Source: Eubacteriales bacterium
Lineage (GTDB): Bacteria; Bacillota; Clostridia; Oscillospirales; UBA644
Reading direction: 5' to 3'
Assembly (NCBI GenBank): GCA_045543655.1
Contig: JAZPXN010000060.1
Location: 5,061-69,060 of the forward strand
Length of the DNA: 64,000 bases
The translations under genes were made by a program, and so were the position numbers. Below are positions 27,640 through 36,250 of the stretch, piece by piece. The notes under the pieces are model-generated. The model saw nothing but the letters and a program-made list of their open reading frames with translations, searched no databases and was not told the DNA's origin. The first letter of the stretch is position 1; each line of letters starts with the position of its first letter.

Positions 27640-29143
27640 ATTTCGACGCCTCCCCACGCAGCTTCAGGCGGATCTTCTCCGCGGGGATCCGGACCGAGAC
27701 CCGGTCGAATTCGTTCCAGGTGTATTCCGTATCGACCACGAAATCCTCGTCGTCCTCGGTGCGGATGATGACCTGATAATGATTGCCGAGATAGATCATG
27801 GAAACGATCTTCCCGCAAACCACGCCGCCGTCCTCGTTATCGATAATCTCGATATCGGAGAAGGCAACGTCAGCGTAAACGTCGGCGTCCTTGAAATCGT
27901 ATTTCTTTCCGTCGGGGGCAACGACGTAGCCCTCCCCGTCAAGGGTGGAGCCGGGAATCAGCTGGGTCACGTCGCAATCGAAGAACCCACCGGCGATATT
28001 GACCCGGTTGTCGTTGTCGATATAAGCGTCGTCGTAGACGTTGGAAAGCATTTCCTTCTTCATGATATGGATCAGATCCGGAGCGATATTCACCGCCACG
28101 GGAACGCCGGTTTCCATATTTTCGGTCGATTGCACGGTGACCTCGTTGCGGCCTACCATCATGGTATATTCGTAATGGATGCCCTTGAAAACCTTTTCGG
28201 TCAGAATACCGTCGATCATGCCCTTGCCGGCCTCGGCAAAGTTCACGTCCTCGGGACGAACCACAACGTTGACCTTTTCGTTGGCGGAAAAATCGTCCAC
28301 GCAATCGAAGATATGGTTCAAAAACCGAACCTTCCGGTTCCCCATATAGGTCCCCTCGTAGATGTTGCTCTCGCCGATAAAGTCGGCTACGAAGGCGTTT
28401 TTCGGCTCGTTATAAATATCCTCCGGGGTTCCGATCTGCTGAATGCAGCCGTCCTTCATGACCACGATGGTATCGGACATGGTGAGGGCTTCCTCCTGAT
28501 CGTGGGTAACGTAAATAAAGGTAATGCCCAGCTTCCGGTGCATTTCCTTCAGCTCCAGCTGCATTTCCTTGCGCATTTTCAGGTCAAGGGCGCCCAAGGG
28601 CTCGTCGAGGAGAAGAATCTGGGGCTCGTTGACGATGGCGCGGGCAATCGCGATACGCTGCTGCTGTCCGCCGGAAAGCGTGGAGATATCCCGCCACTCA
28701 AACTCCTCCAGATCCACGATCTTCAAGGCCTCGGTGACCTTTTTGGAGATCTCGGCCTTGGTCAGCTTGCGGTATTTGGTGACCTTATTCCCGTTGCGGT
28801 CGGTGGTCTCGTAGGGAATGCGCTGCAGCTTCAGACCGAAGGCCACGTTGTCGTACACGTCAAGATGGGGGAACAGCGCGTACTTCTGAAAGACCGTATT
28901 GACCGGCCTTTCGTAGGGAGGGAGCTCGGAGATATCCTCTCCGTTGAGAAGAATTTTCCCGGATGTAGGACGCTCGAACCCGGCAATCATGCGCAGGGTC
29001 GTGGTCTTGCCGCACCCGGACGGACCAAGAAACGAAACAAATTCGCCTTTGTTGACGTAGAAGTTGAAGTTGTCCACCGCAGTAGTCTCGTTGTACGACT
29101 TCGTTACTCCGACCAACTCAATGATGACATTTTCCTTTTCCAT
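27626..29143 (-). CDS. potA: Spermidine/putrescine ABC transporter ATP-binding protein with an extended C-terminus
   Basis: Walker [24 protein letters not shown] and [11 protein letters not shown], with about 130 extra C-terminal residues compared with classical PotA. The ATG lies 8 nt after GGAG. Confidence 0.85.
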   Translation of the reverse strand: MEKENVIIELVGVTKSYNETTAVDNFNFYVNKGEFVSFLGPSGCGKTTTLRMIAGFERPTSGKILLNGEDISELPPYERPVNTVFQKYALFPHLDVYDNVAFGLKLQRIPYETTDRNGNKVTKYRKLTKAEISKKVTEALKIVDLEEFEWRDISTLSGGQQQRIAIARAIVNEPQILLLDEPLGALDLKMRKEMQLELKEMHRKLGITFIYVTHDQEEALTMSDTIVVMKDGCIQQIGTPEDIYNEPKNAFVADFIGESNIYEGTYMGNRKVRFLNHIFDCVDDFSANEKVNVVVRPEDVNFAEAGKGMIDGILTEKVFKGIHYEYTMMVGRNEVTVQSTENMETGVPVAVNIAPDLIHIMKKEMLSNVYDDAYIDNDNRVNIAGGFFDCDVTQLIPGSTLDGEGYVVAPDGKKYDFKDADVYADVAFSDIEIIDNEDGGVVCGKIVSMIYLGNHYQVIIRTEDDEDFVVDTEYTWNEFDRVSVRIPAEKIRLKLRGEASKYVKN

Positions 29144-29504
29144 GTTCACCACTCCAAAATTAGAATTCTGCTTCTTTCAATCCTTTCTTCGCCGCAGTAT
29201 TTGAATTGGGATTCATTCCTTTTGGCTGCGTTTCCAAGAGCATATCAAGATCGCGTACGCTCTTCCAACTATATTTATAAGTAAGCAAGACTATATTACA
29301 ATATATCTATGACAAAATAATGTCAAATAGACAAATTTTTTTGCTCGTTTTGTCAATATTTTTTCCGCAAAATCCGGGGAGACGGTCACCTTTTCGGAAG
29401 CGGCGGAGAAGCACTGCCGACAGACGGGAGGAAGAGATAATTCCGGGCACGGGGCGATTTTGGAAACAAAATTGTGAATAAAGTTTTACATTCTCAAAAA
29501 AGAC

Positions 29505-29533
29505 TTGCATTCCGGAAGAAAATGTGATATACT
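29505..29533 (+). promoter_or_regulatory. Sigma-A-type promoter of tRNA-Arg
   Basis: TTGCAT (29505-29510), 17 nt, TATACT (29528-29533) with an extended TGa. Confidence 0.6.
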
Positions 29534-29566
29534 GTTTCGAGGAAAATCCCTCGCAACTTCATATAC

Positions 29567-29643
29567 GTACCCGTAGCTCAGCTGGATAGAGTGTCAGACT
29601 CCGACTCTGAAGGTCGAAGGTTCGAATCCTTTCGGGTACGCCA
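29567..29643 (+). tRNA. tRNA-Arg (anticodon CCG), CCA encoded
   Basis: A cloverleaf folds by hand: acceptor GTACCCG/CGGGTAC, D arm GCTC-AGCTGGATA-GAGT, anticodon stem TCAGA/TCTGA with loop CT-CCG-AC, T arm GAAGG-TTCGAAT-CCTTT, then G-CCA. Confidence 0.9.
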
Positions 29644-29644
29644 A

Positions 29645-29675
29645 CAAAGACGGAACTTTCGTTCCGTCTTTGTTT
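29645..29675 (+). terminator. Intrinsic terminator after the tRNA
   Basis: 12-bp stem caaagacggaac / gttccgtctttg with loop TTTC, followed by TTT. Confidence 0.7.
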
Positions 29676-29721
29676 ATCCAAGCACCCCCCCCAACATAAA
29701 AACAGAAAGAAGCAATCGATT

Positions 29722-31029
29722 ATGGCTACCACTCTTCTCGCGGTATCTATCGCACTGTTGGCGGGTCTTTTGATGACCCGTCTGTTCAAGCCTTTGAAAT
29801 TACCCTCGGTCACGGCGTATCTGATCGCCGGCGTGCTGGTGGGCCCCCACTGTCTTGGAATGCTTCATCAGGAGGGCATCGGCTTTACCTCCCACGAAGG
29901 GCTGGCGGGCTTTGCCTTGATCTCCGAGGTGGCTCTGGGCTTCATTGCCTTTTCCATCGGAAGTGAATTCCGGATGTCGGAGCTGAAGAAGACCGGCAAG
30001 CAAGCCACGGTGATCGGGATTCTGCAGGCGCTGGTGGCCACTCTGTTCGTGGACCTGGCGCTGTTCGGGCTCCATCTGCTGATGCCCGAGATCCTGCCCC
30101 TGCCCACCGTTCTGGTGCTGGGCGCCATTGCTACCGCCACCGCTCCCGCCGCCACCCTGATGGTGGTGCGGCAGTATAAAGCCAACGGTCCTCTGACGAA
30201 GCTGCTCCTGCCCATCGTTGCGCTGGACGACGCCGTGGGTCTGGTGGTTTTTGCCGTTTCCTTCGGCATTGCCCGGGCCATGGCCAGCGGACACGTGGAT
30301 ATGATCTCCATCATCGTCAACCCTCTGGTGGAAATCCTTGCGTCGCTGATTCTGGGCGCCGTCATGGGCTGGATTCTGACCCAACTGGAAAAGCTGTTCA
30401 ATTCCAACACCAACCGTTTGAACCTGACCATCGCCTTCGTTTTCATCACGGCCTCCCTTGCGATGATCGATTTCCACGTGGGCCCCGTACATATTCAGTT
30501 TTCTTCCCTGCTGGTCTGCATGATGCTGGGCACGGTCTTCTGCAACATCTGTCCCCTTTCCCACGATCTGATGGAGCGGGCGGATAAATGGACGTCGCCC
30601 CTGTACGCTCTGTTCTTCGTCATCAGCGGCGCGGAGCTGAACCTGGATATTCTGAAAAACGGATACGTGGTATTGGCCGGCGTCGTTTACATTATCGCCC
30701 GTTCCGCCGGGAAATATTTCGGAACGCTGGGCAGTGCGAAGATGGTCAGATGCGAACCGCAGATTTGTAAATATCTGGGCATCACCCTTCTGCCTCAGGC
30801 CGGGGTCGCCCTTGGGATGTGCACCATCGCCGCCGCCACGCCGGAGCTGGGCGCCAGCGGTGAGATTATCCGCAACATCACCCTTTTTGCCGTTCTGATC
30901 TACGAGTTGGTAGGTCCCCTCTTCACCAGAATGGCGCTGCAGGCCGCCGGCGAAATCAAGCCCATGGCCGACGAGGTCAAAAACCGCCGCCATCACAAGC
31001 TCAACGAGGCGAGAAACCATCAGAAATAA
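29722..31029 (+). CDS. Cation:proton antiporter (CPA2 / Na+/H+ exchanger family)
   Basis: A 12-13 TM protein. The N-terminus LLAGLLMTRLFKPLKLPSVTAYLIAGVLVGP is typical of Kef/NapA-type antiporters. Confidence 0.8.
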   Translation: MATTLLAVSIALLAGLLMTRLFKPLKLPSVTAYLIAGVLVGPHCLGMLHQEGIGFTSHEGLAGFALISEVALGFIAFSIGSEFRMSELKKTGKQATVIGILQALVATLFVDLALFGLHLLMPEILPLPTVLVLGAIATATAPAATLMVVRQYKANGPLTKLLLPIVALDDAVGLVVFAVSFGIARAMASGHVDMISIIVNPLVEILASLILGAVMGWILTQLEKLFNSNTNRLNLTIAFVFITASLAMIDFHVGPVHIQFSSLLVCMMLGTVFCNICPLSHDLMERADKWTSPLYALFFVISGAELNLDILKNGYVVLAGVVYIIARSAGKYFGTLGSAKMVRCEPQICKYLGITLLPQAGVALGMCTIAAATPELGASGEIIRNITLFAVLIYELVGPLFTRMALQAAGEIKPMADEVKNRRHHKLNEARNHQK

Positions 31030-31034
31030 CCCTC

Positions 31035-31066
31035 ACCGGGATGCCGAAACGGTATCCCGGTTTTTC
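31035..31066 (+). terminator. Intrinsic terminator
   Basis: Stem accgggat / atcccggt followed by TTTTTCTTT. Confidence 0.55.
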
Positions 31067-31155
31067 TTTGTAAAAACAAAAAGAGGAAATCGGGGGAAAA
31101 CGGAAGACAAATTGAGGAATGGGAAAAAATATTTTCCGAAAGAGGAAAAGAGCTC

Positions 31156-31184
31156 TTGACAAGGCGCAAAAAGGATGGTAAAAT
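31156..31184 (+). promoter_or_regulatory. Sigma-A-type promoter
   Basis: TTGACA (31156-31161), 17 nt, TAAAAT (31179-31184). Confidence 0.6.
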
Positions 31185-31209
31185 GAAGAAAAAACCGGAG
31201 GTAACCCAT

Positions 31210-32268
31210 ATGCCCAAACGCACTCTGCAGACCGGGATTGCCTATCACGGCAACCGAATGCCCTCCCATTATCGGGAAGACCTGAAGGAAATGACGAAGG
31301 CCGATCTCGATATCGTCGTCCATATGCTTTCCCATACCGACTGGAGCCGCCACAAGCTGGTCATGAAGGACATTTTTGCCATGACCGAGGCCGCCGGAAT
31401 GGAGGTCTGGGTAGACAACTGGGGGCTTGCCGGCGCGCCCGGAGACCGCTCCCAATTTTTGTGCCACCATCCCGGAAACAATATTATCTACAGCAACGGA
31501 GAGATCTCTCCCAACGTCTGCCTGAACAGCCCGGAATTCCGTCAGTTCACCAAGGATTGGCTAGACGCCGTAGCGGAAATCGGAGGCAAGACGATTTTCT
31601 GGGACGAGCCCTCCCTGCCCTCCAAGCCCGTCCCCGACGGAAACGGGCGGTATTATACCTGCACCTGCCCCCGGTGCAAAAAGCTTTTTGAGGAAAAATA
31701 CAACCGTCCCATGCCGATTCTGCTGGATGAGGACGTGGAGAAATTCCAGGCCGATACCATCGTAGACTATTTCCGGGAAGTGACCGAATACGCCCACAAT
31801 CTGGGGCTTCACAACCACGTGGTGGTCATGCTGAGCGCCCATATCGGAATCAATCTGGATTCGGTGGAGCGGATCTGCAACCTGCCGTATATCGAGAATA
31901 TCGGCTCCGATCCCTATTGGTACAAAAAGGATCAGGAATCCTTCAACCCCTACGGCTACGTCTACGAGGGAACGAAAAAGAACCTTGCAATCTGTGAAAA
32001 ATACAACAAGGGGCATAATCTCTGGATCCAGACCTACTACTCCCCCATGGGGCGGGAGGAAGAGGTGATCGTCGCCGCAGACGCCGCCTACGACGCCGGT
32101 GCCCGGTGCATCCTTGGCTGGGGCTTTCACGGAAGCGAATCCAACGATTACAGAGCCGCAAACCCCGAGCGGATGTGGGAGATCACGAAGCAGGCCTTCC
32201 GCCGCATCCGGGAGCGGGAGCGCAACGCAATCCTCGAAGAAAACCGCAAGAAATTTCTGAACAAATAA
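31210..32268 (+). CDS. Hypothetical cytoplasmic protein, possibly a TIM-barrel glycoside-hydrolase-like enzyme with a CxCxxC motif
   Basis: Clean ORF with a GGAGG RBS 9 nt upstream of the ATG. It contains WVDNWG, FWDEPS and YTCTCPRCKKLFEEKY. The family assignment is uncertain. Confidence 0.4.
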   Translation: MPKRTLQTGIAYHGNRMPSHYREDLKEMTKADLDIVVHMLSHTDWSRHKLVMKDIFAMTEAAGMEVWVDNWGLAGAPGDRSQFLCHHPGNNIIYSNGEISPNVCLNSPEFRQFTKDWLDAVAEIGGKTIFWDEPSLPSKPVPDGNGRYYTCTCPRCKKLFEEKYNRPMPILLDEDVEKFQADTIVDYFREVTEYAHNLGLHNHVVVMLSAHIGINLDSVERICNLPYIENIGSDPYWYKKDQESFNPYGYVYEGTKKNLAICEKYNKGHNLWIQTYYSPMGREEEVIVAADAAYDAGARCILGWGFHGSESNDYRAANPERMWEITKQAFRRIRERERNAILEENRKKFLNK

Positions 32269-32282
32269 AATCCGATCAAAAT

Positions 32283-32316
32283 AAAAAACGGATCTCAAAA
32301 GAGATCCGTTTTTTTG
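32283..32316. terminator. Bidirectional intrinsic terminator
   Basis: Stem acggatctc / gagatccgt with loop AAAA, flanked by A6 and T7. Confidence 0.8.
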
Positions 32317-32358
32317 CAATTTCTTATACCGTATCGGTTTAAAATACGGATACTTTCA

Positions 32359-34233
32359 TCAGCCCTCGTTCTTCCAAAGCAAAGCGGCGCCAATGATTCC
32401 GGCGTCGTTTCCAAGGGTAGCGCAGGTGATTTTCGGTTCTTCCTTACCGAACCGGGCAAAGGAGCGCTCTCTGACCGCCTCGCGCAGGGGCTCAAGGATC
32501 CGATCTCCGGATTTGCTGACCCCGCCGCCGAGAGTAATAATCTCCGGCTGGAAGATATTGACGATATTGACGATGCCCTCGGCCAGGTCCTTCGCATACC
32601 GGTCAACGATCCCGCGGGACACCCCGTCCGTTCCGTCGAAGGCGGTCTTCCCCGTCACCCCGTCCAGACTGCCGGCAATCTGCCACAGCTGGCTTTCGGG
32701 ATGGGCCTCCATTTCCCGCTTGGTCAGACGAATCAGTGCCGTAGCGGAGGCGTAGGCCTCAAGACACCCCTTCCGGCCGCAGGTACAGGCTTCCCCGTCC
32801 TGGCGAATGACCATATGCCCCAACTCCGCGCCCTTTCCCCAAGCGCCGGTGAAAAGGCGGCCGTCGATGATAATTCCGCTTCCCACCCCGGTTCCCAGGG
32901 TGATCATGATCATATCCGAAACGCCGGCACCGCTCCCCGCAAGATATTCCCCCCAGGCGGCGGCGTTAGCGTCGTTTTCAATATAAACCTTTTTGCCCAA
33001 GGCGTTTTCCATATAAGAAACGATGGGAACGTCGTAAAAATCCAGATTGTTGGAAAATTCCACCGTTCCTTTTCCCTGATTCAAGGCACCGGGGCACCCG
33101 ATCCCCACCGACGCAACGTCGCCGTAAAGAAGACCGGAGGCGGTTACCGCATCCCGGACGCAGGCGGCCATATCGTCAAAGATCTCCCCGTAGGGTCTGG
33201 GGGCGAGGGTCTTGCGAGAGGAGCGGCCGTAAATCAGGCCGTACTCATCCACCACGGCGGCGGCAATATTGGTTCCGCCCAGATCGATGCCGACGAAATA
33301 ACGGGGCGGGTTTGAAATCTGAAGAAGGGTTCCTACCCCCTCCACGGGAGCTTCTCCCGAGCCGGCGGGGAAAAAGAGGGTCTCTCCCACCGCTACGGGC
33401 TCACCGCAAACCGTCAGATTTCCCCCCACGGGCAGCAGGCACAGATAGCTTTCCGCCGGAACGGTAAGGGTGGCGTCTCCGCAGATTTTCCGCTCCCGAA
33501 CCTGAAAGAAGGGGCAGCTGCCCAAAAGCCGGCTGCCGTCGCTGCAGGTGGGGATGGCACGGGGCGCCGTTTTCGTGAGGGTCGCACAGCGGACGCCCTT
33601 GTCCACGTGCAATTCCCGGGGATTGCCGTTCTTATCCCGGCGATCGTAATCGTAAAGCCGGTAGGTAACGTTGGAATTCTGCTGGATCTCCGCAATGAGA
33701 TTGCCCTTTCCAATGGCGTGAACCGTTCCCGCATCTACGAAAAAAACCTTTCCGGGCGCGGAATCGACCCGGTTGAGCAGATCGGTCACCGTATTGCTCC
33801 GGATGGCCCGGGCAAAGGCATCCAGATCCACGTCGCCCTTCATTCCGCAAACGATTTTGGAACCGGGGTCACAGTCCACGACGTACCACATCTCGGTTTT
33901 TCCGTTCTGCCCTTCCCACGCCTTGGCCTTTTCGTCGTCGGGATGGACCTGAATACTCAGATCGTCGGCGGCGTCGATCAGCTTCACGAGGATGGGCAAT
34001 TCATCGCAGGTACGGTTTGTACCCAGAACCGAAGGATCTTTTGCAATATATTCCGCAAGCGTCATCCCGGCAAATTCGCCCCCGGCAATCACCGAAAGGC
34101 CGTCGGGGTGAACGCTCAGCTCCCAGCTTTCCGCCGTGGGGGAAAGCCCGGAGATTTTTCCGTAAATTTCAGTTAATTTCGTACCGCCCCAAAGATAATC
34201 CTTGTAGGCGGGAATCATGCGCAATGGCTTCAT
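32359..34233 (-). CDS. Fusion protein: class I mannose-6-phosphate isomerase (N-terminal) + ROK-family sugar kinase (C-terminal)
   Basis: The N-terminal half is collinear with B. subtilis-type ManA (YLWGGTKL..., LVKLIDAADDLSIQVHPDD, KTEMWYV, QQNSNVTYRLYDYDRRD). The C-terminal half is ROK (GIDLGGTNI..., ENDANAAAWGE, zinc motif CTCGRKGCLEAY). The ATG lies 8 nt after GGGAG. Confidence 0.8.
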   Translation of the reverse strand: MKPLRMIPAYKDYLWGGTKLTEIYGKISGLSPTAESWELSVHPDGLSVIAGGEFAGMTLAEYIAKDPSVLGTNRTCDELPILVKLIDAADDLSIQVHPDDEKAKAWEGQNGKTEMWYVVDCDPGSKIVCGMKGDVDLDAFARAIRSNTVTDLLNRVDSAPGKVFFVDAGTVHAIGKGNLIAEIQQNSNVTYRLYDYDRRDKNGNPRELHVDKGVRCATLTKTAPRAIPTCSDGSRLLGSCPFFQVRERKICGDATLTVPAESYLCLLPVGGNLTVCGEPVAVGETLFFPAGSGEAPVEGVGTLLQISNPPRYFVGIDLGGTNIAAAVVDEYGLIYGRSSRKTLAPRPYGEIFDDMAACVRDAVTASGLLYGDVASVGIGCPGALNQGKGTVEFSNNLDFYDVPIVSYMENALGKKVYIENDANAAAWGEYLAGSGAGVSDMIMITLGTGVGSGIIIDGRLFTGAWGKGAELGHMVIRQDGEACTCGRKGCLEAYASATALIRLTKREMEAHPESQLWQIAGSLDGVTGKTAFDGTDGVSRGIVDRYAKDLAEGIVNIVNIFQPEIITLGGGVSKSGDRILEPLREAVRERSFARFGKEEPKITCATLGNDAGIIGAALLWKNEG

Positions 34234-34377
34234 AAGGTATCTCCCTTTTTTGGTAAAAAAATGGAATCCAACTTCCATCTTTTTCTATTATATCATATTT
34301 TTCGGCAGAATACAAGAGCGGCAGGGGGATTTTTCCCAAAAAAGAAAAGAGAGGAATTGCTTCCCCTCTTTTTCCGA

Positions 34378-36246
34378 TTATTCGAATTGCGAGTTATAGA
34401 GCTTACTGTAAAATCCGCCGGAGGCAAGAAGGGTTTCGTGATTCCCCTGCTCGATGACGGTTCCGTCCTTGATCACTACGATATTATCGGCGTGACGGAC
34501 GGTGGAAAGACGGTGTGCGATGACGAAGCAGGTGCGCCCCTTCATCAGCTCCACCATAGCCTTCTGAATCCGCTGCTCGGTGCGGGAGTCCACGTTGGAG
34601 GTGGCCTCGTCGAGAATGAGCATGGACGAATCGGAAAGCATCGCCCGGGCAATGGTGATCATTTGCTTCTGTCCTTTGGAAAGGTTGATACCGTCATCGG
34701 ACAGAACCGTATCGTACCCTTGGGGCAGACGCTCGATAAAGTGATGAATGTGAGCGGCCTTGGCGGCGGCGATCACGTCCTCCCGGCTGGCGCCCGACCG
34801 ACCGTAGGCGATATTATCGTGAACCGTGCCGCAGAAAAGCCAGGTATCCTGCAAAACCATGGTATAGGCCCGGCGCAGAGAATCCCGGGTGAAGGAACGG
34901 GCGTCTTCGTTATCCACCGAAACGGTGCCCGATTGAGGATCGTAGAACCGCATGAGCAGATTGATGACGGTGGTCTTCCCTGCCCCCGTGGGCCCGACGA
35001 TGGCGGTGACGGTACCGGGAGGCGCGGAAATGGTGAGATTTTTCAGAATCTGCTTTTCGGGAACGTAGGAGAAATCAATCTTTTCCAGATCCACCTTCCC
35101 TTCCGCGTCGGACAGCACCGCAGCCCCGGGGGCGTCGGCGGATTCCGAGGGCTCGTCCAGCAGGTGGAAGACCCGTTCCGCGGCAGCCATAGCCGATTGA
35201 AGCTCGTTCATGATATTGGCAAATTCGTTGATAGGCCCGGCGAATTTCCGGGAATACTGCACGAAGGATCCCACTTCCCCCAGAGTAATGGCGAAGATGG
35301 GCCACAGAGCTTCCCCCTGAGAGAGGGTGAGCATATAAAACAGCCCGCCCAGAATGGTCACGAGGGAGATGGAAAGGTTGTTGATAAACATCACCGAAGG
35401 GCCGATGACGGCGGCGTGGTAATCCGCAAGATAGTAGGATTGCACGGCCGATTCGTTCTTCTCGTCGAAATGCTTCAGAGTATCCTCTTCCCGGTGGTAG
35501 GCGTGAACCGTCCGCTGGCCGGAGAGCATTTCCTCCGCATAACCGTTCAACTCGCCCAGCTTCCCGGACCGGGCCCGGAAAAAGGGCTGGATCTTCTTGG
35601 TCTTCCGGCGGGTAAACCACAACGACATGGGCACCGTCACCGCGAAGACCAGAAGCAACGGCGGACAGATTGAGGCCATCATCACCAGGGATCCCACCAG
35701 AGTCACGATACTGGCGCAGACCTGAAGCAGATCGTTGGAGAGAGAGGTATTGACCGTATCGATATCGTAAGAAATACGGCTGATGATGTCCCCCGTCTGA
35801 TGGGTATCGAAATAACTGACGGGGAGGGTAGTCAGGTGATGGAACACGTCCCGACGCATGGTGGAGATCACCTTCTGACTCAGAACGATCATCAGCGACG
35901 AGAGACCGAAGGACAATCCGGCGGACAAAAGATAGGTGGCCGCCATAAGAATACAGTAATAAAGCACCTGACCGGGCATTTCGGTTTCAAAGAGGGAAAG
36001 ACACCACCCGTAGAGCGGACCGAAGACCAGGTCTCCGGAGAAATCGCCGCCAAGTGCGTCGATGGCAAATCCGGAAATCCGGGGGCCTGCCAGGGCCAGC
36101 AGATTGGACAGAAGCATCATGACCAGAGCCAGCGCCGCCATCCATTTATAACGGAACAGATAGGAAAGGATCCGCCGCAGAACCTTTATTCCGGTCTTGC
36201 GATCCAGCTTTTTCGAAGGCCCCTCCATACCGCGGGGGCCGCCCAT
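34378..36246 (-). CDS. ABC exporter, fused permease/ATPase half-transporter (multidrug type)
   Basis: Six TM helices then an NBD (GPTGAGKTT, LSKGQKQMITIARAM, LILDEATSNVD). I chose the start at the ATG 4 nt after the upstream stop. Confidence 0.8.
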   Translation of the reverse strand: MGGPRGMEGPSKKLDRKTGIKVLRRILSYLFRYKWMAALALVMMLLSNLLALAGPRISGFAIDALGGDFSGDLVFGPLYGWCLSLFETEMPGQVLYYCILMAATYLLSAGLSFGLSSLMIVLSQKVISTMRRDVFHHLTTLPVSYFDTHQTGDIISRISYDIDTVNTSLSNDLLQVCASIVTLVGSLVMMASICPPLLLVFAVTVPMSLWFTRRKTKKIQPFFRARSGKLGELNGYAEEMLSGQRTVHAYHREEDTLKHFDEKNESAVQSYYLADYHAAVIGPSVMFINNLSISLVTILGGLFYMLTLSQGEALWPIFAITLGEVGSFVQYSRKFAGPINEFANIMNELQSAMAAAERVFHLLDEPSESADAPGAAVLSDAEGKVDLEKIDFSYVPEKQILKNLTISAPPGTVTAIVGPTGAGKTTVINLLMRFYDPQSGTVSVDNEDARSFTRDSLRRAYTMVLQDTWLFCGTVHDNIAYGRSGASREDVIAAAKAAHIHHFIERLPQGYDTVLSDDGINLSKGQKQMITIARAMLSDSSMLILDEATSNVDSRTEQRIQKAMVELMKGRTCFVIAHRLSTVRHADNIVVIKDGTVIEQGNHETLLASGGFYSKLYNSQFE

Positions 36247-36250
36247 AGGT

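Noticed and set aside
29307-29510. A 67-aa ORF in the AT-rich spacer upstream of potA (similar small ORFs at 24235-24480 and 24475-24813)
   Set aside because: No RBS. They are composed of intergenic hairpins and promoter sequence, and they overlap the tRNA promoter or terminators.
29567-31100. A genomic island or prophage remnant integrated at tRNA-Arg
   Set aside because: There is no integrase, no direct repeat of the tRNA 3' end, and the downstream genes (CPA2 antiporter, sugar enzymes) have ordinary composition.
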